Of a DNA stretch of 64,000 nt, positions 1 through 9,670 are shown piece by piece. The notes beneath the pieces are model-generated. The model ran no database searches. It worked only from the letters and a program-made list of their open reading frames with translations, and was not told the DNA's origin. Position 1 is the first letter of the stretch; the number at the start of each line of letters is the position of its first letter. The position numbers and the translations under genes are program-made. Source of the stretch: an uncultured bacterium (GTDB lineage: Bacteria; Armatimonadota; Hebobacteria; Hebobacterales; Hebobacteraceae). The stretch covers positions 1,178 to 65,177 of the forward strand of contig CAZLHI010000014.1 of NCBI GenBank assembly GCA_964559435.1, written 5' to 3'.

Positions 1-180
1 CTGATTGAAGTTTCCCGGCGCGAGGCCGCGCCGCGCATGCTCGGGTACCTCGGCACGACATGGTGTGGCGTAGGCGAGTTCGTCGGGGCCATCACTGGTG
101 AGTTGCAGGACCCGACCATCGCCTACGTGCCGGACGTGGTGAGCGGCGTCAAGCTCGGCGCGGCATTGGCCCAAGGCTGA
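1..180 (+). CDS. 3' end of an upstream CDS, function unknown (partial, cut by window start)
   Basis: Open frame from the window edge to TGA at 178-180 with GC-rich third positions (…GVGEFVGAITGELQDPTIAYVPDVVSGVKLGAALAQG*). No domain recognised. Confidence 0.3.
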   Translation: MIEVSRREAAPRMLGYLGTTWCGVGEFVGAITGELQDPTIAYVPDVVSGVKLGAALAQG

Positions 181-346
181 TGACGACGGCCGACAGCCGG
201 GCCTCTTCACTTGTGCGCGCATTTGCTTGAAAAACCTGCACGACCCGCCTAAGATAGTGGTAACCGCCAGGCTGCGAACCGCCCCTGAGTCTCCTGCCAG
301 CTGTGCGAGCCGGCGGAAGACGAATCGGAACGAAGGGAGAAGTCCA

Positions 347-1252
347 ATGGCTCGCTTCTCGGGGCGTCGAACCGGCCGGCTCATGTGGCTGGCGCTGGCA
401 GCCTGCATCCTCACAGCCTGCCCCGCCCTCGCCGAAGAGGGTGTCCTGCTGAAGTATCACCACTCTCCGGGTGACAGGGCGGTGTACGCTTGTGGGGTCT
501 CATCCCGAGCTCAGATCACAGAAGAAGGTGGAGCGAGTGCGCGGGCCGAGATGGTGGTGCAGATGACGTGCCTGGTAGAGGTCCTCGGCGACACCGCCAG
601 CGGCGACTGGGGGATGGTCGGTAGCTTCCCCGACGGCGTCCTCACTGTGAAGGTGGAGGGGAAGGAGGAGTCGCACCCGTTTGGCGATGTCGGTCTGCGG
701 TACGTGGTCTCGCCCCGCGGCGAGATCAAGAGCGTCAGGCTCCTCGGCGGCGAGCCCCCGGTGCTTCTTTTCGGGGGTGGAGTCCTCGCGTTGACGCCGG
801 ACGGAGCGTTCCTGCTCAGCGGAGCCGGAGTCTTCCCCGATCAGCCGCTGGGAAAGGGCGATACGTGGAAGGGCGTCGCCGGATTGCCCCATCTGAGGGG
901 CGGCGGTACCTACCAGATCGCGTATGAATCGGCCCTCCTCGGAGAGGAAGAGTTCCACGGCGCGAAGTGCTGGAAGATCAAGACGCAGACCCGGCAAGAG
1001 CTGCAGGACACTGTTACCTCGTGCGATGGTGCCGGCCAGGTGGACTTCAGCGTCAAGTCGTCGGGCGAGGAAACGTGGCTGTTTGATCCAAGCCGCGGGG
1101 TGATAGTGTCAGTGGCGGGGACACACAACGTGAAGGTCGGCGCGACTATTGAGCACAGCGGGCAGAAGCTTGTGAGGACCACAACAACGGGGGTCCTCAA
1201 TACTCGCAGCATCCTCAGGGAATTCAACGGAGTCAAGATCGCTCCTGAGTAG
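347..1252 (+). CDS. hypothetical secreted lipoprotein
   Basis: ATG at 347 (aa 41 of track ORF 227..1252) is preceded by GAAGGGAGA. N-terminus [25 protein letters not shown] is a signal peptide with lipobox L-T-A-C. No family recognised. Confidence 0.65.
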   Translation: MARFSGRRTGRLMWLALAACILTACPALAEEGVLLKYHHSPGDRAVYACGVSSRAQITEEGGASARAEMVVQMTCLVEVLGDTASGDWGMVGSFPDGVLTVKVEGKEESHPFGDVGLRYVVSPRGEIKSVRLLGGEPPVLLFGGGVLALTPDGAFLLSGAGVFPDQPLGKGDTWKGVAGLPHLRGGGTYQIAYESALLGEEEFHGAKCWKIKTQTRQELQDTVTSCDGAGQVDFSVKSSGEETWLFDPSRGVIVSVAGTHNVKVGATIEHSGQKLVRTTTTGVLNTRSILREFNGVKIAPE

Positions 1253-1419
1253 CACGCGGCCGCTTGCGGCCATCGCTAGCTGGTTCGGGTCGACACGAAC
1301 CTGCGGTTGCTATCTGGTGCCTCCCGCCGGCGCGTGGTATCCTAATGGTTGGAGCTGCGTCCCACGGGCGGGGGGATCCCGTGAGGGTCGTCTGCTCGAG
1401 CAAGACGAAAGGAGACCGC

Positions 1420-1644
1420 GTGGCAAAAGACTCGCGCAAGGTGATCGAAGCCGAGGGAGTTGTGCGGGAGGTGCTGCCCAACACGCAGTATCGAGTCGAG
1501 CTCGAAAACGGCGTGCGTGTTCTGGCGCAGGCCTGCGGGAAGATGCGCAAGTACCGCATCCGCATTCTCCCCGGGGACAGCGTCAAGCTGGAGCTGAGCC
1601 CGTACGATCCGACCCGCGGCCGGATCGTTTATCGATATAGATAG
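1420..1644 (+). CDS. infA: translation initiation factor IF-1
   Basis: GTG at 1420 (aa 53 of ORF 1264..1644) follows AAAGGAGA. The product [74 protein letters not shown] aligns end to end with the IF-1 S1-fold. Confidence 0.9.
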   Translation: MAKDSRKVIEAEGVVREVLPNTQYRVELENGVRVLAQACGKMRKYRIRILPGDSVKLELSPYDPTRGRIVYRYR

Positions 1645-1669
1645 ACCCTTCTCAGGAAGCCATCGAACA

Positions 1670-1702
1670 GGGCAGGAGCGTACATCCTGCCCCCTTTCCT
1701 CT
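1670..1702 (+). terminator. putative intrinsic terminator after infA
   Basis: Stem GGGCAGGA/TCCTGCCC with a 7-nt loop, followed by CCTTTCCTCT, just downstream of the infA stop. Confidence 0.45.
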
Positions 1703-1875
1703 ATCCGACGGTGTGACAGTCCGGGCGATTGTCGTACTACCCCACGCGACGCACCTACGTATAGCGGCCCGAGTGAGCGGTTTATCCTGGCCGGAGTCGC
1801 ACTCAGATAGATGCAGGACATCCGAGGCCTCGCCGGAATTGTCACGCCGGCATGCGCGCGACGGAGGATCGTGTG

Positions 1876-2703
1876 ATGAAGCTGTCCATGCACTCTATCT
1901 GCATCGAACGAAAGTACCCGCTGCTCGAAGCCATCCGACGCGCGGCCGAGATGGGGTACCAGGGATACGAGATAGACATCGGCGATTACGGCAACACGGG
2001 CCTGGGCCTGCACTGGCCCGAGCAGTATACCGCCGATCACGTGGCCGCCGCCGCCGAGGCGGCGCGCAGCGTTGGGATAGAGATAAGCTCCCTGTGCCTG
2101 GGCGTGCTGTGGCGGTTCTGTCCGACCAGCCCTGTGCCGGAAGCGCGCGCGCAGGCCACCGAGATAATCCGCCGGTCGGCCTCGCTCGCCAGCTTGGCCG
2201 GCGCCAGGGTTATCCTGTTGCCTGTGGGGCAGCCGGAAGCGTCCACCGCAGAGGAGGCCCGCGATCAGCTTGTCGATGTGCTCAAGGAGTGCGCGCCGGC
2301 GGCCGAGGCGGCCGATGTCGTCTATGGTGTGGAGAATGTCGGCCAGGCCCTGGCTCGTACGGCGCAGGATCTCATCGAAATCGTCTCCCGAGTCGATTCT
2401 CCGTCCTGCCAGGTGTACTACGACGTCGGAAACGGAGCCGCGCAGGGCGCGGACCCGGCCGCCGACATGGGGAAGCTGGGCCGGCGCATCACGATGCTGC
2501 ACGTGAAGGATTTCGCTGCTGCTGAAGGAGGCCGGAAGACCGTCGTGATAGGGGAGGGCGCAGTCGACTGGGCCTCCGTCGTGCAGGCCGCGCGCGAGAT
2601 TGACTATGACGGATATCTGACTCTTGAAGTACCAGGCACAGCGGACACAGCCGACGAAGCAGCCGTCCGGAGCCGGGACGCGCTGCGCCGGTTCGGCTTC
2701 TGA
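1876..2703 (+). CDS. sugar phosphate isomerase/epimerase (xylose isomerase-like TIM barrel)
   Basis: ATG at 1876 (aa 9 of ORF 1852) follows GGAGGATCGTGTG. The product MKLSMHSICIERKYPLLEAIRRAAEMGYQGYEIDIG… and the later VENVGQ…MLHVKD segments are typical of the AP-endonuclease/xylose-isomerase-like TIM family. Confidence 0.8.
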   Translation: MKLSMHSICIERKYPLLEAIRRAAEMGYQGYEIDIGDYGNTGLGLHWPEQYTADHVAAAAEAARSVGIEISSLCLGVLWRFCPTSPVPEARAQATEIIRRSASLASLAGARVILLPVGQPEASTAEEARDQLVDVLKECAPAAEAADVVYGVENVGQALARTAQDLIEIVSRVDSPSCQVYYDVGNGAAQGADPAADMGKLGRRITMLHVKDFAAAEGGRKTVVIGEGAVDWASVVQAAREIDYDGYLTLEVPGTADTADEAAVRSRDALRRFGF

Positions 2704-2723
2704 GAAAGCGAGGAGGAGAGGTT

Positions 2724-3803
2724 ATGGCAGACAAGCTGCGCGTGGGCATGGTGTGCGCGGCGGGCATCGGCGCCAGCCACGTCATGGACTGGCGCTATCT
2801 GGAACAGAGAGCAGAGATCACGGCCGTCATGGACGTGGACGCGGAGATGGCCCAGATAACGGCCCACCTATCGGGCGACGTTCCCTGGACGACCGATCTC
2901 GACGAGCTGCTGGCGCGCGAGGACGTAGATGCGGTGGACATCTGCTCACCGCCCTTTGCCCACGCTGACCAAGTGGTCAAGGCGGCTGAGGCCGGCAAGC
3001 ACGTCCTGTGCGAGAAGCCCTTCACAGTGAACCTGGGCGACGCGGACCGCGCCATTGATACCTGCAAGAAGGCCGGCGTGAAGCTCATGATCGCCTTCCC
3101 TCGCCCCTACAGCGCGCAAGGCCGTCGGCTGAAGGAGATCGTGGAGAGCGGAGAGCTGGGCAAGCCCATTCGCATCTACTCCGCCCACCACATGCGGGCC
3201 GAGTGGCTGCGCAAGCGCACCGGCTGGTTCTGGGACCCGAAGAAGAGCGGCGGCACGGCCATCGAGGGCGTCATCCACGACTTCCACTTCCTGCCGTGGC
3301 TGATGGGGCCGGCCAAGCGCATCTACGCCGAAGCCGGCACCTTCATCTACACCGACCGCGACCCCACGCTGCCCGACGACCAGCTCGTCGTGCTCTGGCG
3401 CTTCGAGAACGATGCCATCGGCATCATCGACGGAGGCGCGAATCAGCCGAGCAACTTCGGCGGACACAGCAGTATCTTCTTCACGGAAGGAGCTGTGAGG
3501 ACCGAGCGCGCCGGCCCCATGCGCATCTATCGCGGGATGAAGGACTACAATCCAGTGGTGGAAGAGGTCCACCGCTTCGGCCCGATCGGCGACGACACGC
3601 ACATCGCTCGCTCTCCCTTCACACCCACCGGCCACGTGGCCGAGATCGAGCACTTCATCGACTGCGTCGTGAACGACAAGGAGCCACAAACCGGTGGAGA
3701 AGATGGGCGCTACGCTCTCGAGTGCGCCTGGGCCGCCATCAAGTCCTTCCAGACCAACGAGCCCGTCCAGCTTCCCCTGGCCAAGCCCTACCCGTCGTAT
3801 TGA
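2724..3803 (+). CDS. Gfo/Idh/MocA family oxidoreductase
   Basis: Strong RBS GAGGAGGAGAGG before ATG 2724. N-terminal Rossmann MADKLRVGMVCAAGIGASHV and the C-terminal α/β domain (…EKPFTV…) fit this family. It is paired with the upstream sugar isomerase. Confidence 0.85.
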   Translation: MADKLRVGMVCAAGIGASHVMDWRYLEQRAEITAVMDVDAEMAQITAHLSGDVPWTTDLDELLAREDVDAVDICSPPFAHADQVVKAAEAGKHVLCEKPFTVNLGDADRAIDTCKKAGVKLMIAFPRPYSAQGRRLKEIVESGELGKPIRIYSAHHMRAEWLRKRTGWFWDPKKSGGTAIEGVIHDFHFLPWLMGPAKRIYAEAGTFIYTDRDPTLPDDQLVVLWRFENDAIGIIDGGANQPSNFGGHSSIFFTEGAVRTERAGPMRIYRGMKDYNPVVEEVHRFGPIGDDTHIARSPFTPTGHVAEIEHFIDCVVNDKEPQTGGEDGRYALECAWAAIKSFQTNEPVQLPLAKPYPSY

Positions 3804-3957
3804 GGGCCGGCCGTCGCCTTGCCGTAGGGCGGGGAGGACTCCGCCTCCCCGCCGGACGTTTCCCCTGGCATCGTGGGGCAGGACCTTCGAGTCCTGCCCT
3901 TTCTGGGGTCTCCCGCTCCCTTGCCCTCTACCGCTCCCACAGGTATGATCTCGCCAA

Positions 3958-5055
3958 ATGCGCACCGGCACTGCACACTTGCCTCTCCACGGCGGCCGCG
4001 CCCCGCGGTGGCTTTTCGGCCGCATGGTCTCGCTCTCCCGCGAGATCGTGCGCGTGCTGGTGGAGGAATACGGGCCGGGCGAGGTGCTCTCACGCGTGTC
4101 CGATCCCTACTGGTTTCAGGCGCTCGGCTGTGTGCTCGGCTTTGACTGGCACAGCTCCGGCCTCACGACCACCACCACCGGCGCGCTCAAGGAAGCCGTC
4201 AAGGGGCGCGAGGCCGATCTCGGCCTCTTCGTCGCGGGCGGGAAGGGCGCGGCCTCCCGCAAGACCCCGGCCGAGATCATCGCGCACGGCGAGCGCCATA
4301 CCATCGCGACGCCGGCCGACCACCTCGTTTACGCCAGCAAGCTGTCCGCGAAGGTGGACAACACGGCACTGCAGGACGGCTATCAGCTCTACCACCACGC
4401 CTTCTTGTTCACCGCGACCGGGCAGTGGGCCGTCGTGCAGCAGGGCATGAGTGAGGCCGACAGATACGCGCGCCGCTATCACTGGCTTTCCAGCGGCATA
4501 AGCGACTTCGTCAACGAGCCGCATGCCGCGGTCTGCTCAGACCGCCGCGGCCAGCTCGTGCTCAACATGGTCGCCTCGGAGAGCGAAGAGTCGCGCCGCG
4601 CCAGCGCGCTCCTCGCAAACGAACCGCCAGACAAGCTCGCGGGCGAGCTGCGCAAGGCGCAGGAGCTGGAGCTGCCGGCCCGCCATCACATCATCGGCGC
4701 AGACATCCGTCCCGAGTCGTTCGAACGGACGTTGGCGAGGGCCTATGAGCATCCGCCCTCCGACTTCGAGTCGCTTCTGGCCACGCGAGGAGTAGGCCCG
4801 AAGACGATCCGCGCGCTGGCGCTCATCGCTGAACTCGTGTACGGTGCCAAGGCCAGCATCCGCGATCCGGCGACGTTTAGCTTCGCGCACGGAGGCAAAG
4901 ACGGCGTCCCGTATCCGGTGGATCGACAGACCTACGATCGGTCGATTGCGGTGCTGCGGGACGCAGTCAACCGGGCCAAGCTTCGCGATCGCGAGAAGCT
5001 GGCCGCCCTGCAGCGGCTGACCTCCTACGCCGGCAGGACGGCGCCCAAGGGCTAA
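3958..5055 (+). CDS. DUF763 domain protein
   Basis: The 365-aa ORF contains SDPYWFQALGCVLGFDWHSSGLTTTTTGALKEAVKG, which is characteristic of DUF763. The start is uncertain (ATG 3958 or ATG 4024, neither with a clear RBS). Confidence 0.6.
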   Translation: MRTGTAHLPLHGGRAPRWLFGRMVSLSREIVRVLVEEYGPGEVLSRVSDPYWFQALGCVLGFDWHSSGLTTTTTGALKEAVKGREADLGLFVAGGKGAASRKTPAEIIAHGERHTIATPADHLVYASKLSAKVDNTALQDGYQLYHHAFLFTATGQWAVVQQGMSEADRYARRYHWLSSGISDFVNEPHAAVCSDRRGQLVLNMVASESEESRRASALLANEPPDKLAGELRKAQELELPARHHIIGADIRPESFERTLARAYEHPPSDFESLLATRGVGPKTIRALALIAELVYGAKASIRDPATFSFAHGGKDGVPYPVDRQTYDRSIAVLRDAVNRAKLRDREKLAALQRLTSYAGRTAPKG

Positions 5056-5154
5056 CCGCGCTGCCCATCCGGACCGCGGTGCTCACCTTCGTACTATCAT
5101 TGGGCCGGCTGGGCGCGCTGCGCGCGGCAGATCAACACAATCGAGGAGAGACCG

Positions 5155-5313
5155 ATGCCGGAGAGAGAGTGTCCGAATCTGAAGGCTAATGTTGACAAGT
5201 GCCCCTGCACCGAGGAAGACTGCCCGCGGCGCGGGACCTGCTGCGAGTGCATTCGGGCCCACGTCGCAAGCGGCTCGCTGCCGGCGTGCTGCCGCGAGAT
5301 CGCTGGCAAGTAG
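5155..5313 (+). CDS. small cysteine-rich protein (52 aa, 9 Cys), missing from the ORF track because it is under 60 aa
   Basis: ATG 5155 is preceded by GAGGAGAGACCG. Translation is MPERECPNLKANVDKCPCTEEDCPRRGTCCECIRAHVASGSLPACCREIAGK* with GC-rich third positions. It sits in the intergenic gap directly upstream of the rhodanese gene on the same strand. Confidence 0.4.
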   Translation: MPERECPNLKANVDKCPCTEEDCPRRGTCCECIRAHVASGSLPACCREIAGK

Positions 5314-5493
5314 GCGGGGAGGACTAACCCTACGGCCTCGTGGCGGCTCCCAGAACTTGGGAGCCGCCACACGCATGTGCTGGTGAAGCTTTGCTCTCCG
5401 CTGTCTGCCAGCGGATGTCGCCCCTCTTGCACAGGTGCCTTGCGCCTGGATCCGAAACTCTCTGCTCACCGCTCACCGAGAGGATGGTCAGCG

Positions 5494-6483
5494 ATGTTCA
5501 TTGAGCGCTTTCGCTCCGACGGCCTCGCTCACTTGTCCTACTTCGTCGGCGGTCGCGAGAAGGCTGCTGTCGTGGACGCGAGGCGCGACTGTGAGATCTA
5601 CGGGCAGATCGCTCGGCGGGAAGGTCTGCGGATCACCCACATCTTCGAGACCCATCGCAATGAGGACTACGTCGTCGGCTCCCGCGAGCTCTCGACCTTG
5701 GGCTATGAGCGAAGGTACAACTTAGTTCTCACGATGACGGAGCGTCAGGAGTTCGTGGACTACAAAGGGTCTGAGCACCACTATGTCCCGCCGTACTTCA
5801 AGCGAATGGAGCAGCAGAACCTCAAAGGTCCGGACCTCTTGAACGGACTGCCGGACCCCTGTGCCTGCAGCGCCGATGAGTTCGCCTCGGCCATCAGGCA
5901 GGGCATGGGCGTCGTTGATGTCCGCAGCCCGGAGGGGTTCGCCGGCGCCCATATCCCGGGCACTCTCTCCATTCCGCTGGAGATGGTTCCCAGCTTCGCA
6001 GGCTGGTTTCTCCCATACCATACACCTTTGGGTTTGGTGGTGGAGCATCCTCGTGACCTGGATACCGCCGTCCGCTATCTCGTCCGCATTGGATACGACC
6101 ACGTACGGGCATACCTGGCGGAGGGAATGCACGACTGGGAAACGGGCGGCCGCCATTTCGGGGGCATTCCGCAGGTCTACATAGGCGAGATCAAGCGCCG
6201 CCTCGATGCGGGGGAAGACTTCACTCTGTTGGATGTTCGGTCTGAGCAGGAGTTCAAAGCCGGCCATCTGCGTGGTGCGCAACACATCTACGTCGGCGAG
6301 CTGCCAGGGCGTCTGTCCGAGATCCCGCGGTCCCGGCCAGTGGTCACCTTCTGCGGCAGCGGCCACCGAGCCATCATCGCGGCCTCGGTTCTGAAGCGCA
6401 ACGGGCTCGAGCAGGTCGAGAACTGCCTCGGCTCGATGGCGGCTTGCCAGGCCACGGGCTGGCCTCTGGAAACGGCGGCCTGA
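5494..6483 (+). CDS. tandem-rhodanese sulfurtransferase with a truncated, degenerate MBL-fold N-terminus
   Basis: ATG 5494 (aa 40 of ORF 5377). N-terminus MFIERFRSDGLAHLSYFVGG…ITHIFETHRNEDYVVGS resembles the start of an MBL fold, but the HxHxDH motif reads H-R-N-E-D-Y. Two rhodanese modules follow; the second carries the catalytic loop TFCGSGHRA. Confidence 0.75.
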   Translation: MFIERFRSDGLAHLSYFVGGREKAAVVDARRDCEIYGQIARREGLRITHIFETHRNEDYVVGSRELSTLGYERRYNLVLTMTERQEFVDYKGSEHHYVPPYFKRMEQQNLKGPDLLNGLPDPCACSADEFASAIRQGMGVVDVRSPEGFAGAHIPGTLSIPLEMVPSFAGWFLPYHTPLGLVVEHPRDLDTAVRYLVRIGYDHVRAYLAEGMHDWETGGRHFGGIPQVYIGEIKRRLDAGEDFTLLDVRSEQEFKAGHLRGAQHIYVGELPGRLSEIPRSRPVVTFCGSGHRAIIAASVLKRNGLEQVENCLGSMAACQATGWPLETAA

Positions 6484-6613
6484 GAAGCCGCTCGCCCCGG
6501 CTTTGTCGTTTGCCGCCCCAGGTCCCAGGCCGATCACGCGCTGTTCGCTTCCGGTATGCTGGTAGAGGCAAAGCAGCCGATTCTGTGGAAGGTACCTACC
6601 GGCCTCGAGCTAC

Positions 6614-7513
6614 TTGGTGGTCCCGGAGAAGCGGATTACAGTGCTGATCGCACTCATGGAAGCCATGCGGCCCCGGCAGTGGACGAAGAACATCTTCGTC
6701 TTTGCCGGCATCGTCTTCGGCCAACGACTCTACGATCGCGGGGCCGTGATCTGGAGCCTCAGCGCCTTCTGCATCTTCTGCTTCCTCTCCAGCGCGGTCT
6801 ACCTTTTCAACGATGTGGCTGATCTGGAGCAGGACCGCGAACACCCGACCAAGCGCAACCGCCCTATCGCCTCCGGCCGCCTCGGCAAGTCCGTCGCCCT
6901 TGCCGCCGCCCTGATCTTCGCGGTCGGCAGTGTCGGCCTCTCCTTCGCCGTCAACAGGTCGTTCGCCACGGTGGCCATCACGTATCTCATCCTCAATCTC
7001 TTGTACTCATTCTCCGTGAAACACATCGTTATCCTCGACGTGCTGATGGTCGCGATCTTCTTCGTCCTCCGCGCGGTCGCGGGGGCCGCGGCCATCGGGG
7101 TCGAGATCTCCCACTGGCTTCTGATCTGCACGCTGCTGCTTGCCTTGTTCATCGCTCTCAGCAAGCGGCGGCACGAGTTGGTTCTCTTGGAGAACAACGC
7201 CTCCGCACACCGCGGGAGCCTAACCGAGTACACCGCTTATCTGCTGGATCAGATGATTGCCGTCGTGACAGCATCCACACTGATGGCCTACGTGCTGTAT
7301 ACTGTGGATGTTCGCACTGTTGCAGTTTTCGGCTCGAAGCGGCTGATGTACACGGTTCCCTTTGTCATATTCGGCATCTTCCGGTACCTCTACCTGATTC
7401 ACCAGAAAGGCGAAGGCGGCAACCCCGACCGCATCATCTTATCTGACAGACCCTTCTTCGTGAACATGGCCCTCTGGATGGCCGCGGTAGCGCTCGCCAT
7501 CTATCTCCCGTGA
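6614..7513 (+). CDS. UbiA-family prenyltransferase (decaprenyl-phosphate phosphoribosyltransferase-like)
   Basis: …LMEAMRPRQWTKNIFVFAGIVFGQRL…NDVADLEQDREHPTKRNRPIASGRL matches the UbiA/DPPR-synthase signature. It is a polytopic membrane protein. The start is ambiguous (TTG 6614, GTG 6641 or ATG 6656). Confidence 0.8.
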   Translation: MVVPEKRITVLIALMEAMRPRQWTKNIFVFAGIVFGQRLYDRGAVIWSLSAFCIFCFLSSAVYLFNDVADLEQDREHPTKRNRPIASGRLGKSVALAAALIFAVGSVGLSFAVNRSFATVAITYLILNLLYSFSVKHIVILDVLMVAIFFVLRAVAGAAAIGVEISHWLLICTLLLALFIALSKRRHELVLLENNASAHRGSLTEYTAYLLDQMIAVVTASTLMAYVLYTVDVRTVAVFGSKRLMYTVPFVIFGIFRYLYLIHQKGEGGNPDRIILSDRPFFVNMALWMAAVALAIYLP

Positions 7514-7523
7514 GCAACGTAAC

Positions 7524-8612
7524 ATGGCCCGACCTGTAGTCGCTGCGCTGCGAACAACACCTGAGACTGTTCTCGACGACTACGCAAGGCTGCTCGACCT
7601 CGCCAATTATCGTGAGCACCTCGATCCCAAGGCCGAGGTAGCGCTGAAGATCAACATCTCCTGGCACCACTGGTACCCGGCCTGCTCGACCACGCCCTGG
7701 GAGCTCGAAGGCGTCATCAAGAAGCTGCTGGCCGACGGTTGGCCCAAGGAGCAGCTCTACGGAGCGCACAATCGCACCGTCGTTGTCTCAGCAAAGAAGG
7801 GCGAGGTGGCCAACAAGCACAAGCCCGTGCTCGAGAAGCACGACGTCCGCAACATCCACCTCTACGAGCGCGGTGAGGACTGGGTCGTCTACGAACCCAA
7901 GGGCAAGATGCTCGCCCTGCTCGAGATCTATCCCGACGGCATCCGCATCCCGAAGCGCCTCCTCGGCTCGAACATCATCCACTTGCCGACGGCGAAGACC
8001 CATGTCTTCACCACGATGACCGGCGCGATGAAGAACGCTTTCGGGGGCCTGCTGCACGAGAGGCGCCACTGGACCCACTCGGTCATCCACGAAACGCTGG
8101 TGGACCTGCTGACGATCCAGAAGGAGATTCACCCCGGCATCTTCGCGGTCACAGACGCTACCTTCGCCGGCGATGGCCCTGGCCCTCGGTGCATGGTCCC
8201 CTATGAGAAGGATTTGATATTGGCGAGTGCAGATCAGGTCGCGATCGACGCCATCGTATCCAAGATGATGGGCTTCGAGCCGATGTCGCTCGACTTCATC
8301 CGCCTCGCCCACGAAGCGGGTCTGGGCATCGGCGACCCGGCCGAGATCGAGGTCGTCGGCGACGACATCTCTGGCGAGAACTGGGGATTCACCCGCGACC
8401 AGAATACCTTCGCGAGCCGCGGCCAGAAGATGATCTACTGGGGTCCACTGAAGCCGCTTGAGAAGTTCCTTCTCCGCACAGCGCTCGCGCCCTGGTCTTA
8501 CGTGGCCTCCAAGCTCTACCACGACGTCTACTGGTACCCGTGTGTTGGGACCGGCCGCGTCGAGGAAGCGCTGGAGACGAAGTGGGGGAAGCTGTTTGAG
8601 TCCTACCCGTGA
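7524..8612 (+). CDS. DUF362 domain protein
   Basis: The 362-aa ORF contains …VALKINISWHHWYPACSTTPWELEGVIKKLLADGW…, typical of DUF362 proteins. Confidence 0.7.
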   Translation: MARPVVAALRTTPETVLDDYARLLDLANYREHLDPKAEVALKINISWHHWYPACSTTPWELEGVIKKLLADGWPKEQLYGAHNRTVVVSAKKGEVANKHKPVLEKHDVRNIHLYERGEDWVVYEPKGKMLALLEIYPDGIRIPKRLLGSNIIHLPTAKTHVFTTMTGAMKNAFGGLLHERRHWTHSVIHETLVDLLTIQKEIHPGIFAVTDATFAGDGPGPRCMVPYEKDLILASADQVAIDAIVSKMMGFEPMSLDFIRLAHEAGLGIGDPAEIEVVGDDISGENWGFTRDQNTFASRGQKMIYWGPLKPLEKFLLRTALAPWSYVASKLYHDVYWYPCVGTGRVEEALETKWGKLFESYP

Positions 8613-9018
8613 TCCCAGGCTGCCTAGCCAAAGCTGACTGTGTGCAGGCAGCCGTCGGAACGTTCCGTTTCACCACACTACAGGCATAAGCCGCTGCTGG
8701 ACCGGGAACGCCTCTCACGGGGCCCCGTAGCCGCCCCTGTCGTGAGGTCGCGCCGGCCCGCGCGCTTGTCTGCACGGATGGCAGGTGAAACGGCCCCGGA
8801 CATGGTATTCATACACCGCGGTGTGACGTAGACGACGCATGAGTGCCCAGGGGCCAGGGGTATGGAGACGGTCAACGGGTGTGGTTGAAGCGGCCGCAAA
8901 AGCTGTGATGTCACGGGCCGTTTCGGGTATCTATAGAGAGGGTCTCCGGGTTTCCTCTTGGTGCACGCAGGTCTACTGCCGCGTCGGTGGCAGCGGAACC
9001 GGGGGTAGGAGGAGACGC

Positions 9019-9630
9019 ATGCTGTACATACCGAGTGTGGTCGAGCAGACGCCCCGCGGAGAGAGGTCTTGGGACCTGTTCTCGCGGCTGCTGCAGAACC
9101 GCATCATCTTCATAGGCAGCGAGGTCAACGACACTGTTGCCAGCCTGGTGATCGGCCAGCTGCTCTATCTTCAGAGCGAAGACCCGGACAAAGAGATTGA
9201 CATGTACATTAACAGTCCGGGAGGCGAGGTGCCCTCCGGGCTGGCCATCTACGACACGATGCAGCTCATCAAGCCAGACGTCAAGACCTTCTGCGTCGGC
9301 AAGTCTGTCAGCATGGCGGCTCTCTTGCTGGCCTCCGGCACCAAAGGCAAGCGCTGTGCTTTGCCGAACTCCCGCGTCATGATTCACCAGCCGCTCGGAG
9401 GCACGTACGGACAGGTTAGCGATGTGGACATCTTCACGCGCGAGCTGCTGCGCACGCGCGACCGTATCAATGAAATCATGGCCTATCATACCGGCCAGGA
9501 TGTGGAAACGGTTAAGCACGATACGGAAAGAGATCGCTGGATGAGCGCCGACGAGGCCAAAGCATACGGCATAGTGGACCAAGTGCTGGCCATGCCGGCG
9601 GCGAACGTCAAGCAAGAGGCAAAGCCGTAG
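9019..9630 (+). CDS. clpP: ATP-dependent Clp protease proteolytic subunit
   Basis: ATG 9019 (aa 61 of ORF 8839) follows GGAGGAG. Catalytic Ser in [11 protein letters not shown], His in MIHQPLGG and a later Asp are present. Full-length alignment to ClpP. Confidence 0.95.
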   Translation: MLYIPSVVEQTPRGERSWDLFSRLLQNRIIFIGSEVNDTVASLVIGQLLYLQSEDPDKEIDMYINSPGGEVPSGLAIYDTMQLIKPDVKTFCVGKSVSMAALLLASGTKGKRCALPNSRVMIHQPLGGTYGQVSDVDIFTRELLRTRDRINEIMAYHTGQDVETVKHDTERDRWMSADEAKAYGIVDQVLAMPAANVKQEAKP

Positions 9631-9670
9631 CAGAAAGCAATGTTCCGCGCTGGAAGCCGGAGGAATGTCG

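Noticed and set aside
1342-4450. Long antisense and overlapping ORFs (for example 1342..2502 -, 2946..4025 -, 3203..4450 +). The same kind recurs throughout the window (19379..20554 -, 36445..37548 +, 44623..45903 +, 62020..63846 +).
   Set aside because: They overlap well-supported genes, have Arg/Pro/Gly-rich low-complexity translations typical of stop-codon-poor frames in 65% GC DNA, and lack RBSs and homology.
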